Shown: piece by piece, positions 9,340 to 19,366 of the stretch
Position numbering within the stretch: the first letter of the stretch is position 1
How the letters are laid out: every line of letters begins with the position of its first letter
Origin: Methylotenera sp.
GTDB taxonomy: Bacteria > Pseudomonadota > Gammaproteobacteria > Burkholderiales > Methylophilaceae
Length of the DNA: 59,983 bases
NCBI GenBank assembly: GCA_031406605.1
Contig: JANOHT010000103.1
Location: 1-59,983, forward strand
Direction: 5' to 3'
Position numbers and translations under genes: made by a program
Notes under the pieces: generated by a model
Told to the model about the DNA's origin: nothing
Database searches by the model: none
What the model saw: only the letters and a program-made list of their open reading frames with translations

Positions 9340-10215
9340 ATGAAGCGCATTGTTTATTTTTTAGCTACGAATCTTGCCATTATGTTGGTGCTTTCAGTCA
9401 CCATGCGCATATTGGGTGTGGAGCCTTACCTTAATGCGAATGGCCTTGACCTTGGCAATCTATTGGCATTTGCGGCCATTATGGGTTTTGGCGGTGCGTT
9501 TATTTCACTCGCTATTTCCAAGTGGTCAGCAAAACGTATGTCAGGCGCGGTGGTGATTGAGGAGCCTCGTACGCAGACGGAAATCTGGTTGATGAAAACT
9601 GTGCGCCAACAGGCGGACATGGTCGGTATCAAAATGCCAGAAGTTGCGGTATTTGATTCACCGGAGGTGAATGCTTTTGCTACCGGCATGACTAAAAACA
9701 GCTCGTTGGTTGCTGTATCAACGGGTTTGCTCAATGCCATGAGTAAAGATGAAGCCGAGGCGGTGCTAGCACATGAAGTGTCGCACATTGCCAATGGCGA
9801 CATGGTGACGCTTACGCTGATTCAGGGTGTGGTCAATACCTTCGTGATGTTTTTATCTCGCGTGATTGGTTATGCCGTAGATAAAATTATTTTCAAGACC
9901 GCAAAAGGTACTGGGCCAGCCTTCTTTGTCACTATGATTGTGGCTGAGCTGGTATTGGGTGTGCTGGCTTCTATTATCGTGATGTGGTTTTCGCGCCAAC
10001 GTGAGTTTCGTGCGGATGCTGGTGCAGCAAAATTATCTAGTTCTAAGAAGATGATAGCGGCATTAGAGCGTTTACAAGCGCAACATGAGCCTTCAGTCTT
10101 GCCTAAACAAATGGCAGCTTTTGGTATCTCTGGCAGTGGTTCAGGCGGATTGAAGCGACTATTTTCAAGTCACCCTGGTTTGGATGAGCGTATTGCAGCA
10201 CTGCGATTACTGTAG
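9340..10215 (+). CDS. htpX: Membrane zinc protease HtpX
   Basis: [22 protein letters not shown] and SHP motifs. Start moved to ATG 9340 (RBS ggag). Confidence 0.95.
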   Translation: MKRIVYFLATNLAIMLVLSVTMRILGVEPYLNANGLDLGNLLAFAAIMGFGGAFISLAISKWSAKRMSGAVVIEEPRTQTEIWLMKTVRQQADMVGIKMPEVAVFDSPEVNAFATGMTKNSSLVAVSTGLLNAMSKDEAEAVLAHEVSHIANGDMVTLTLIQGVVNTFVMFLSRVIGYAVDKIIFKTAKGTGPAFFVTMIVAELVLGVLASIIVMWFSRQREFRADAGAAKLSSSKKMIAALERLQAQHEPSVLPKQMAAFGISGSGSGGLKRLFSSHPGLDERIAALRLL

Positions 10216-10270
10216 CTCATGGCGTGTTGTAGAAGATTAATCCATTTTATTTTTATGTTGAAAGAAAAAT

Positions 10271-10804
10271 ATGAAACGTGTTGAGCGCGCTTTAGAGCAC
10301 TTTATATTTACAAGTCGCTGGTTATTAGTACCCTTTTATATAGGCTTGGTTGCCGCAGTCGGGTTGCTACTAGTCAAGTTTGCTAAAGCATTTGCTGTCT
10401 TACTGCCGATTGTCTTCAATGGTGACGGTAGCGCAGCATTGTTGGGAATTCTTACCCTTGTTGACATAACGCTGGTTGCGAACTTGTTGTTAATCATTAT
10501 TTTTGCCGGATATGAGAATTTTGTTTCAAAAATCGACACTGGTGGTAATGAGGATCGCCCTGATTGGATGGGGCATGTAAGTTTTTCAGACTTAAAACTA
10601 AAGCTAATTGGCTCTATCGTCGCTATTTCAGGTATCGAACTTCTTAAGTATTTTATCAATGTGAAAGAAGTTTTGGCGTCCACGAATGGTAGTCAGCAGT
10701 TGGCGTGGTTGGTTGGTATTCATTTGACACTGGTTTTTTCTGGGGTCATGTTTGCAACGATGGATCGTATTTCGTCTGGCGTACACGTTAAGAAGGAAAA
10801 ATAA
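10271..10804 (+). CDS. YqhA/UPF0114 (TIGR00645) membrane protein
   Basis: SRWLLVPFYIGL, GYENFVSKID and LKLKLIGSIVAISGIELL motifs. Confidence 0.85.
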   Translation: MKRVERALEHFIFTSRWLLVPFYIGLVAAVGLLLVKFAKAFAVLLPIVFNGDGSAALLGILTLVDITLVANLLLIIIFAGYENFVSKIDTGGNEDRPDWMGHVSFSDLKLKLIGSIVAISGIELLKYFINVKEVLASTNGSQQLAWLVGIHLTLVFSGVMFATMDRISSGVHVKKEK

Positions 10805-10807
10805 AGT

Positions 10808-11884
10808 TTGAATGTAAAAGCCCCTTTTAGCCGACGTATCGTCCCATGGCTTGCTTTGGTGGGTTTGGCATTACTTGCATTTATCGTAGTTTCACCATTC
10901 CTTGCGCCGTTCGCTTGGGCAGCGGTGCTGGCCTATGCTTCTTGGCCTGTTGCTGAACGTATACGTCTTTGGTGTAAAGGGCGAGATACGCTGGCGGCGA
11001 GCCTGACCACTTTGTTCGCAGCATTAACGCTATTTTTGCCTTTACTATGGCTTATTTGGCTTGCGCAACAGGAGGTTACCAATGTTTATCATGCGCTACA
11101 GGCATTTTTGGCAACGCCTCCACCAGTGCCAGAGATGCTGCGCGGTTTGCCATGGTTGGGTGATTGGCTTGTACAACTGCAATCCACGCTTGCCGCTAAT
11201 CCAGAAGGCGTTTCTTCTGCCATTAAAGCATGGCTAGCCGCACATTTGAATGAGCTAGCGACACTGGCTGGTGGCGTTGGCAAAAATCTGGCAAAACTGA
11301 TATTTGTTGTGGTAATTCTGTTTTTTTTCTATCGAGATGGCATACGCATCATAAGAGAGTTACGCCATGTATTAGCACGATTTATCGGGCCACAGGTAAA
11401 TGACTATTTACATGCAGCGGGTACCACCACTCGTGCTGTGGTGTACGGTGTTTTGCTTACCGCTTTGGTGCAAGGAGTGGTGGCGGGAGCCGGTTATTGG
11501 GTTGCTGGATTGTCATCGCCAGTAATCTTTGGTGTAGTAACTGCCATGCTGGCGTTGATTCCATTTTGTACCCCTTTAGCATGGGGTTCGGCGGGACTCT
11601 GGTTATTAATGCAAGGACACACGGTAGAGGCCATTGGGATATGGGTATGGGGTGCAGTAGTTGTGAGCCAGCTTGATAATGTACTCAGGCCATTTTTTAT
11701 CAGTAGTGTGAGCCCTATTCCATTCCTACTCGTACTGGTTGGCGTGCTAGGCGGGCTTTTAGCTTTTGGACTAGTAGGTTTGTTTATGGGGCCGATTATA
11801 TTAGCTGTGGTTTGGGCGGTATGGTGTGAATGGACAACGCATCTTGATGAAAACGATATTTCGTCAAGTTCAGGTGATTCTTAG
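10808..11884 (+). CDS. AI-2E family transporter
   Basis: FFFYRDG, DNVLRP, GGLLAFGLVGLFMGPII. Confidence 0.88.
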   Translation: MNVKAPFSRRIVPWLALVGLALLAFIVVSPFLAPFAWAAVLAYASWPVAERIRLWCKGRDTLAASLTTLFAALTLFLPLLWLIWLAQQEVTNVYHALQAFLATPPPVPEMLRGLPWLGDWLVQLQSTLAANPEGVSSAIKAWLAAHLNELATLAGGVGKNLAKLIFVVVILFFFYRDGIRIIRELRHVLARFIGPQVNDYLHAAGTTTRAVVYGVLLTALVQGVVAGAGYWVAGLSSPVIFGVVTAMLALIPFCTPLAWGSAGLWLLMQGHTVEAIGIWVWGAVVVSQLDNVLRPFFISSVSPIPFLLVLVGVLGGLLAFGLVGLFMGPIILAVVWAVWCEWTTHLDENDISSSSGDS

Positions 11885-11899
11885 TAAATTTAATTATGA

Positions 11900-12880
11900 A
11901 TGGGAAATAAGATGGGCGACTTGCAATCGATTGGCACCTGGTGGATGTGGGCAGGATTTGTAATATTTGTAATAGCCATGTTGGCAGTTGATATGGTTTT
12001 ATTAGGTCGTCAAGGCGCACAGAAAGTGAGCGCACGGGAAGCGTTAACTTGGTCTATGGTTTGGTTTGCAATGGCAATGCTCTTCGGGGGTGCGCTGTGG
12101 GGTTGGCTAGATCACACAGTCGGACGTGAAATTGCGGACATTAAGGTCATGGAATACCTGACGGGTTACCTACTGGAAAAAACGTTGGCAATGGACAATA
12201 TTTTTGTCTTCGTCATGATTTTTAGCTATTTTGCAGTGCCGTTAGAGTTCCAGAAGCGAGCGTTGTTATATGGCGTATTAGGTGCGATTGTCTTGCGTGC
12301 TTTGATGATACTAATGGGTGCTTGGTTGATTGCACAGTTTCATTGGGTATTGTATGTATTTGGCGTCTTTTTGCTGATTACGGGTATTAAGATGTTTATA
12401 TTTGCCGATCATGAACCTAATCTTGCGAATAATCCGCTACTGAAATGGCTTCGGAGTCGTATTCGCATTACTGATGGCTATCACGGTGACAAATTCTGGA
12501 TAGTAGAAAATGGTGTGCGCTGGTTTACCCCAATGTTTCTGGTGTTGGTGCTAATTGAATTTTCAGATGTAATCTTCGCAATGGACAGTATTCCAGCTAT
12601 TTTTGCTGTTACCAGTGATCCGTTTATTGTGTTTACTTCCAACATTTTTGCTATTCTCGGTTTGCGCGCGTTGTACTTTTTACTCGCAGATATGGCTAAT
12701 CGATTTCATCTGCTCAAATACGGCTTGGCTGTGGTTTTAATTTTTGTAGGTACTAAAATGTTGATCGTGGATTGGTTCAAAATCCCCGTAGCAGTTTCTC
12801 TGGCTGTGGTGGTTGCTGTGCTTGGTACCAGCATGTTATTAAGCTTAATCTCAAGCCGAAAAGCACCTGCTGCAAGGTAA
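11900..12880 (+). CDS. TerC family (Alx-like) membrane protein
   Basis: GYLLEKTLAMDNIFVF, DVIFAMDSIPAIFAV, VFTSNIFAILGLRALYF. Confidence 0.92.
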   Translation: MGNKMGDLQSIGTWWMWAGFVIFVIAMLAVDMVLLGRQGAQKVSAREALTWSMVWFAMAMLFGGALWGWLDHTVGREIADIKVMEYLTGYLLEKTLAMDNIFVFVMIFSYFAVPLEFQKRALLYGVLGAIVLRALMILMGAWLIAQFHWVLYVFGVFLLITGIKMFIFADHEPNLANNPLLKWLRSRIRITDGYHGDKFWIVENGVRWFTPMFLVLVLIEFSDVIFAMDSIPAIFAVTSDPFIVFTSNIFAILGLRALYFLLADMANRFHLLKYGLAVVLIFVGTKMLIVDWFKIPVAVSLAVVVAVLGTSMLLSLISSRKAPAAR

Positions 12881-12932
12881 GTATTAATCAGAAAACCATT
12901 ATTGCTTATTAAGTCTGTGCTTTGAGGAAAAT

Positions 12933-12965
12933 AAAAAGCCCAATCATCTCTGATTGGGCTTTTTT
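12933..12965. terminator. Bidirectional intrinsic terminator between terC and pqqA
   Basis: aaaaagcccaatca-tctc-tgattgggcttttt. Confidence 0.85.
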
Positions 12966-13001
12966 AATAACTGAAACTAAGTTTTACTGGCTTAATGCAA
13001 A

Positions 13002-13073
13002 TTACTTATTCATTACGTACATTGTCACTTCAAAGCCAAAACGCATTTCAGTAGCAGCTGGTGTAGTCCACAT
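13002..13073 (-). CDS. pqqA: PQQ precursor peptide PqqA, copy 1
   Basis: Hand translation gives MWTTPAATEMRFGFEVTMYVMNK* with the E-x-x-x-Y core. RBS aaggag. Not in the ORF track. Confidence 0.96.
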   Translation of the reverse strand: MWTTPAATEMRFGFEVTMYVMNK

Positions 13074-13128
13074 AATAATTCTCCTTTAATTTTTGCATCA
13101 ACATTGATGACTTGCTTATATGACTTTC

Positions 13129-13195
13129 ATCATACTCGGCAGTTTCAGCTCAACTCTATGCAGTTCAATGAATGCAGCCTCATGATTTTACGTAT
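13129..13195 (-). promoter_or_regulatory. Putative pqqA copy 1 promoter with upstream activator boxes
   Basis: -10 TATGAT at 13129-13134. Boxes at 13158-13169 and 13179-13195, at nearly the same spacing as in copy 2. Confidence 0.45.
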
Positions 13196-13368
13196 TTAAA
13201 TTAAGTAAAATCTAATCAAAAGGTTAATCTTCATCACTACACTAAATGAAAGGCTCACCTTTCAATGTGTTGTATGTTTGATACTTAGATTTTAAAAGTT
13301 ATCATATAAAGTGTAAGCTTAAGATACTTAGTTTTTAACGAGACGCCTTAACCTTAGAGCAACAGAAA

Positions 13369-14448
13369 ATGAATGAATTGAAAACCAATCGAAGCGATGT
13401 TCCAACTGAAAGTGACTGGGGATCGCTTAATCATGTACATACGCTAGTATTGATGATGGCGACTGTCATCGGTATTTATCTATGTTATCAAATGGCGGTG
13501 CCGTTTCTGTCAGTGCTAGCTTGGGCATTGACGCTGGCGGTTTTATTTACCCCTTTGCAACGATGGCTTGAGTCTAAATTAAAACTTCCAAGTTTAGCGG
13601 CACTTATATCTATTATGTTAATAGGTCCAATCGTAGTTGTTCCAGCGATGTTTGTTGGACAACAGCTGGTTTCGCAAGCGCTAAAGGGGGCGCAATTGAT
13701 TGAGACAAAAGTCAATTCCGGTGAGTGGCGACGCACGCTTGAAACGCAGCCACAACTAGCGCCTATTGTAGATAAGATCGAGCAGCATATTGACCTGCCC
13801 GGCGCACTGAACTCATTCAACACATGGTTGGGTGCCACAGCGGGTGCGATTGTCAAAGGCTCTGTATTTCAACTGATAGGGTTGTGTTTGGTTTTTTATA
13901 TGCTGTTCTTTTTTCTTCGAGATCGTCATTTGGCGCTCAAATCACTCGAATCTTTATCACCACTTTCTGAAGCCGAGATGGGGAAGGTATTCACAAGGGT
14001 CGGAGATACCATACATGCTACCGTCTACGGCACGTTTGCCATTGCGGTTGTGCAGGGCCTTTTAGGCGGGCTAATGTTTTGGTGGCTAGGTTTGCCAGCG
14101 CCACTGTTGTGGGCATTGGTGATGGGCTTGCTGGCAATTGTACCTATGTTAGGTACGTTCATTATTTGGGCACCAGCAGCACTTTTTCTGGTTTTGGAAG
14201 GCAATTGGGGCGGCGCCCTGACACTGGTCTTGTGGGGCATATTGGTTGTTGGCACAATTGACAACTTGCTCAGACCTATCTTTGTTGGTAATAGACTGCA
14301 TCTTCATACTATTCTTGCATTTATGTCTGTAGTCGGTGGGTTAATTCTATTTGGCCCAGCGGGTCTGGTTTTGGGGCCAGTGACGTTAACAGTGACGGGT
14401 ACATTATTGGAAATTTGGTTTAAGCGAACCGCTGTCAAAATTACTTGA
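13369..14448 (+). CDS. AI-2E family transporter, second copy
   Basis: FFFLRD, DNLLRP, GGLILFGPAGLVLGPV. Confidence 0.88.
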   Translation: MNELKTNRSDVPTESDWGSLNHVHTLVLMMATVIGIYLCYQMAVPFLSVLAWALTLAVLFTPLQRWLESKLKLPSLAALISIMLIGPIVVVPAMFVGQQLVSQALKGAQLIETKVNSGEWRRTLETQPQLAPIVDKIEQHIDLPGALNSFNTWLGATAGAIVKGSVFQLIGLCLVFYMLFFFLRDRHLALKSLESLSPLSEAEMGKVFTRVGDTIHATVYGTFAIAVVQGLLGGLMFWWLGLPAPLLWALVMGLLAIVPMLGTFIIWAPAALFLVLEGNWGGALTLVLWGILVVGTIDNLLRPIFVGNRLHLHTILAFMSVVGGLILFGPAGLVLGPVTLTVTGTLLEIWFKRTAVKIT

Positions 14449-14849
14449 AATAGGCGCATTATTTTTGATCCACTGGTAAGTAGATATTTAGAACCTATCA
14501 CAGTTCCAGTTGTGCCAAGAAATTTCAATTCAATGATAATTTCCCTTTAAGGGTTAGACGCTATTCTTCAAGGTTATTTTTGTAATTTCCTACTTTATCA
14601 GACGCTAGAAAAGCGCATACCAAGCATACTGCACAAATTATGCTGTGAATGTTTAAATCGACATATGTGCTGTTCTGCAGATGCCTCAAACTCACTAATA
14701 TTAACAATCATACTACTCTCATAGGCATAGTAAGCGCATCGGAAATTATCAAGAGAATTGAGGGAACTCAGCTGATGTTGATGATAGGTAATATGATCAA
14801 CATCATAAAAATAACGAATGTATCTGGGCTGAAAGCTTGCATTGAAATT

Positions 14850-15642
14850 AATTTTTGAAATACGCCATGCACCTAGCGCTAGAAACACAGTCAAAACGAC
14901 TGGAAATTCTTCAGGTAACAATGCCATCGCCAAGGTAATGCCAGAATACATAAAAAAAGCCCGATCAGCGCTATACGTCTGACAAGATAAGCGGTTTTTT
15001 CCTGAAGTCTGGTGGTTTTGAGGGATAAGGTCTGTAAAGCCTTACCGATGGGGCCAACCTCTGTATGAGGTCCAGTCCTAAACACTTCGGCACTGGCATG
15101 CACTTGACTATGAGACTTCCAGAAAAGATGAACGGCAGGTCGTCGCCTCCAGGCCTTTGCATTTGTGTTGCGCCATCCCATGTTAGCTTACGCACAGGTA
15201 ATGATTCTCCGGTTAATAAAGACTCATCCACCATGTCCAGCAATATGGCGTCTGCAGGCGCACGATCTCCTTCTTTAATCAGTAAATGATCTCCGCGTAC
15301 GATTTCTCGGCTGGAGATATTTTGGATACTTCCTTCGCGTATTACCATTGCCCGTGGTGTTGCCAGCCCTCTTAACGCTTCAAGGGCGCGTTCAGTTTTA
15401 CGACCCTGATACACCGTGATAGCAAAAATTACAAAAACAGATGCAAGCAGGGCAAGTGCCTCTTGCAAATCGCCAAGCCATAAGTAGGCAATGCCTGCCA
15501 CTACTAATAGCATAAACATGGGCTCGTGCATCACCTCGAAGGCAATTGCCCTAAGGTTACGGGAGTTTGCAGTTGGTAGCTCGTTATAACCTTCTGTTGA
15601 GAGCTTTGCGGCAACTTCAGCGTTGGTTAATCCTCGTGGCAT
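14850..15642 (-). pseudogene. Frameshifted, truncated cation-transporting P-type ATPase
   Basis: GLT..E...GYNELP and VDESLLTGES in one frame, TG.HTEVG.IGKAL in a second, LPEEFPVVLTVFLALGAWRIS in a third. Similarity stops before the DKTGT phosphorylation motif. Confidence 0.85.
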
Positions 15643-15880
15643 TTAGCACCTGCTTTGTTTGATAGTACCGAAACCTATTCGTTGTTTCAGCAATGAAGCT
15701 GATTGTCAGGTCATGATGCTCTTCCTTAGAATGTGAGTGCAATGCGTTCAGCTATGTGTGACTTTCAGCGAAACGTGTGAATCGAAGTATTTTAGTCACT
15801 CAGCGAGCTCATTGGCATTGATATACGCCGACAGGTGGTATATCGCCACCACCATTAGTCAACAATCCATCTGTGCAGGG

Positions 15881-16117
15881 TTATTTCGCATGTAAACTTG
15901 CGTTTAATTGATCAATTACTTCTGCCCAATCTGCGTCATTAAGAATTTCTTCACGCAAGAACGATGCTTGTGCTGCCGTCCAAAAAGGAGCCTCAGAAAG
16001 CAACACATCAGTCGCTAAATGACTATGGGTCTTGATGAAATTTTCTATGGCTAACTGATCTGAAGGTAGGCCCAGTTGGGCAAAAAGATTGTTAAGTGTG
16101 TGTGTAGATGCTTCCAT
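15881..16117 (-). CDS. DUF2789-family protein
   Basis: LFAQLGLPSD...APFWT.AQA.FLRE...DADWAEVIDQL. Confidence 0.85.
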   Translation of the reverse strand: MEASTHTLNNLFAQLGLPSDQLAIENFIKTHSHLATDVLLSEAPFWTAAQASFLREEILNDADWAEVIDQLNASLHAK

Positions 16118-16320
16118 AAATGTTCTCCGTATAATTATTTAAGACAAATTATCTCTATGGTTAATTTAGACGCAATTCAGGAATATAATTTACTAATCTC
16201 ATTACATTTAAACAACCGCATCTAAAGTCAGTTTTAGCCACTATACTTGTTGTGGTCACCTAATGTAATCGAGACGTTGTATATCATTTGCTAACCTAAG
16301 TTCTGGAAGTGAAGCTAGCT

Positions 16321-17100
16321 ATGAACATCTCCTCTGCTGTGAAAGGCATCCTATTCGATCTGGATGGGGTACTTTACATTGGTTCTTGCGCTATCGAAGG
16401 TGCGGTTGATGCTGTTGCAAAAATTCGAGCTAGCGGTATACCATGCCGCTTCGTCACCAATACCAGCACTTTGTCTTTGGCGTCGCTACAACAAAAAATA
16501 AATGCTTTGGGCTTTTCAATTCCTGCCAATGAAATTATCAGTGCGCCACAAGCTACCTTACTTTACCTACGGCGTCAGCATCAACCAGTTTGCCGTTTAC
16601 TCCTGGCGGATGATGTAAAGCACGATTTTAAGGAATTCCATCAATCGGATATTGCAGCGAATTACATTGTAATCGGCGACATAGGCGATGCTTGGTCTTA
16701 TTCATTGTTAAATGAGGTTTTTAATTGTCTGATGCAGGGTGCTAAGCTGATTGCAATCCATAAAAATAGATTTTGGCAAACCGAACATGGCTTGCAAATG
16801 GACATAGGTGGGTTTATCGATAGCCTTGAGTACGCGAGTGGTGTCAAAGCGATGATTATCGGCAAACCTTCTGCTGATTTTTTTCAGATTGCACTGAATG
16901 ATATGGGGCTTAAACCTAATGAGGCTGTTATTGTAGGTGATGATATCGATGTGGATGTTGGTGGCGGGCAGCTGGCTGGCCTAAAAGGCATTTTGGTAAA
17001 AACTGGAAAATTCCGACAGACATATGCAGACGCATCTGCTGTTAAACCCGATTTGATTATTGATTCAGTTGCGAATTTGCCACGCGCGCTAGGTTTGTAG
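16321..17100 (+). CDS. HAD subfamily IIA hydrolase (LHPP/TIGR01458-like)
   Basis: DLDGVL, FVTNT, LIAIHKNR, GKPS, VGDDIDVDVGG, LVKTGK. ATG 16321 preferred over GTG 16309. Confidence 0.85.
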   Translation: MNISSAVKGILFDLDGVLYIGSCAIEGAVDAVAKIRASGIPCRFVTNTSTLSLASLQQKINALGFSIPANEIISAPQATLLYLRRQHQPVCRLLLADDVKHDFKEFHQSDIAANYIVIGDIGDAWSYSLLNEVFNCLMQGAKLIAIHKNRFWQTEHGLQMDIGGFIDSLEYASGVKAMIIGKPSADFFQIALNDMGLKPNEAVIVGDDIDVDVGGGQLAGLKGILVKTGKFRQTYADASAVKPDLIIDSVANLPRALGL

Positions 17101-17220
17101 TATTCGCAGCTAAGTTGAAGGGTTGCAAAATTGCAGTTTATGTATTTGCTATGTAGGCAAATCATTAGAAATTGCTAAAGTGTTAATAGCCTAGTTTAGC
17201 TTTATTATTGATTAATCATA

Positions 17221-18177
17221 TTGAAACAAAAAACGATGACTAGCATTGCAAAAGACATAGAAATCGATAGCGCCGTCTATAAAACGCTGTTGGAATCAAC
17301 TAAAGCGATTCCATGGAAAATAGACTGGAACACCATGAGTTTTGCCTATATAGGCCCGCAGATAGAGCGTTTACTTGGCTGGAAGCCATCAAGTTGGGTG
17401 AGTGCGCAAGATTGGGCAGAGAGAATGCATCCGGAAGACAGAGAGTGGGTGGTTGATTTTTGCGTCTCGCAGTCAAAAGCCGGAACCGATCATGAGGCAG
17501 ATTATCGCGCGCTTACTAAAGATGGCGATTATGTATGGATTCGTGATGTGGTACACGTGGTTCGTAATGCAAGCGGTGAGGTGGAGTCACTGATTGGATT
17601 TATGTTTGATATAAGTGAGCGGAAAAAAATAGAAGAAGATTTAATTAGCTTACAGAAAAAATTAGAAGAGTTCTCTTTTAAAGATAGCTTAACTGGTGTT
17701 GCTAATCGACGTATGTTCGATTCTATTATGGAAGTAGAGTGGGTCAATGCACGGCGTAATAATCAGCCACTTTCGCTCATCATGATTGATATTGATTATT
17801 TTAAGCAATATAACGACCATTATGGTCATATTCAGGGGGATGAGTGTTTAAAGCGAGTAGGACAGGCATTGAGTGCATCCGCAAGCAGAGCACGTGATTT
17901 CTTTGCGCGTTTTGGCGGGGAAGAGTTTGTATTAGTGTTGCCTGAAACGGACGAAATTTCTTCTAAAAAGATTGCAGAACGTTGCCGCAGTCTCATTTTT
18001 AAAGAACAGATCCCACATGAAAAATCTCAAGTCAGCCATGTGTTGACCATTAGTTTAGGCGTTAGTACTATTGTTCCATCACACAAAGATGAGGCTATCG
18101 CGTTTATCGAAGAAGTAGATAAGCGGCTATATCAAGCAAAGCAAAAAGGTCGCAACTGTATTATTGCCGCTAGTTAG
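17221..18177 (+). CDS. PAS-GGDEF diguanylate cyclase
   Basis: PAS (MHPEDR, YVWIRD), DIDYFK, RARD I-site, GGEEF. Start may be ATG 17236. Confidence 0.9.
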   Translation: MKQKTMTSIAKDIEIDSAVYKTLLESTKAIPWKIDWNTMSFAYIGPQIERLLGWKPSSWVSAQDWAERMHPEDREWVVDFCVSQSKAGTDHEADYRALTKDGDYVWIRDVVHVVRNASGEVESLIGFMFDISERKKIEEDLISLQKKLEEFSFKDSLTGVANRRMFDSIMEVEWVNARRNNQPLSLIMIDIDYFKQYNDHYGHIQGDECLKRVGQALSASASRARDFFARFGGEEFVLVLPETDEISSKKIAERCRSLIFKEQIPHEKSQVSHVLTISLGVSTIVPSHKDEAIAFIEEVDKRLYQAKQKGRNCIIAAS

Positions 18178-18604
18178 CATTTTTAATCCAATATGGCGGA
18201 TGTTTTGTATTTGGTTCAAATGCTTGCATCTCTGCACGACTAAAAATGGTGAACGCTTCATCAAGGGAGATTCTTTCAGTTTCTGCATTCGTTTTAACAA
18301 TTGGCCGTGCGTAACTTAGCCATGCTGGGTTTTGGCCATAGCCATTGTCGTTCATGCAGTTTGTAAGTACTGTAGTACGACTGCTCAATAGCTCCAATTT
18401 TTGAAACTCCACAATTGGCACTTTATTCGCAATAGAGTTTTCTGCGATGCCCGCACATTTATCACCAATTTTTACTAACAAAGCTTGGGCTGGGGTTAAC
18501 GCATTTGTAGATAAGTCATCCGATAAATTAAAAGCCCACCAAGTAGCAGTGCCGGCCAAAGCCAAAATTGCCACTATATATTTGTTAAGTCGTTTCTTTT
18601 GCAT
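18170..18604 (-). CDS. Hypothetical membrane-anchored protein
   Basis: N-terminal TM segment, two Cys, fills the gap between recognised genes. Confidence 0.6.
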   Translation of the reverse strand: MQKKRLNKYIVAILALAGTATWWAFNLSDDLSTNALTPAQALLVKIGDKCAGIAENSIANKVPIVEFQKLELLSSRTTVLTNCMNDNGYGQNPAWLSYARPIVKTNAETERISLDEAFTIFSRAEMQAFEPNTKHPPYWIKNAN

Positions 18605-18734
18605 GGGCTGCTCAACTTATTTTAGTATTACCAAAATTTAATATCATTTTGAACATCAGTGAAAGGCAATGCAACGCTTATCGCGCTTATTGACTAGCTT
18701 ACTAAGCAGTTTGTACACATCTCTAAAACGTTAA

Positions 18735-19241
18735 CTAATCTCTAGACCCTAGAAAATCAAGCTTGCCCAGCTCAACACCATGATGGCGTAGAATGTTATA
18801 GGTAGTGGTCGCATGAAAATAGACATTCGGATTGACCCAATTAAGCAAGTAAGCCTGACCTGTAAACGTTAAATTTGTTTTGCGCACAGTAATAACGATA
18901 TCACGGCTTTCAGCACCCTCTAACTGCGCTGGTTGAATGCTGTTTATAAAGACAATGGTTTTAGCGATGCGCGCTTGCAAGTCAGCAAACGTAGTTTCAT
19001 CGTCTTCATACTTTGGCACTTCTATCCCGGCTAAACGCGCCGCCGCACCTTTACTCATGTCAGTGGCGATTTGTATTTGACGGGTAAGCGGGTACATATC
19101 AGGTGCAAGGCGCCCATTTAAAAATACACTGTGGTCAATTTTCTTGGCATCTGCGTGATCTTCGCCTTTTTTTAGCACGGCTGCGAGGTTAGTCAATATG
19201 CGCTTGAGTGGTGGGATGGTTGCATCGTACATCGTTAACAT
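18735..19241 (-). CDS. DUF1993-family protein
   Basis: RLAPDMYPL..Q, PNVYFHATTTYNILRH.GVELGK.DFLG. Confidence 0.9.
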   Translation of the reverse strand: MLTMYDATIPPLKRILTNLAAVLKKGEDHADAKKIDHSVFLNGRLAPDMYPLTRQIQIATDMSKGAAARLAGIEVPKYEDDETTFADLQARIAKTIVFINSIQPAQLEGAESRDIVITVRKTNLTFTGQAYLLNWVNPNVYFHATTTYNILRHHGVELGKLDFLGSRD

Positions 19242-19366
19242 GGGTTTAAATCCTAAGAATCATTAAGTTGAATTGCAGGTATTAGTGTAACAATCTTAAT
19301 GTCATCTAATCTAGATGCATGAATCCACATGCAAATAATGACAGTATCAAATGATTGCTTGAAGCT

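Noticed and set aside
11885-11899. yybP-ykoY (Mn2+) riboswitch before terC or the P-type ATPase remnant
   Set aside because: There is a 15-nt gap before terC, and no GGGGAGUAG...GAGACC pattern at 15643-15880.
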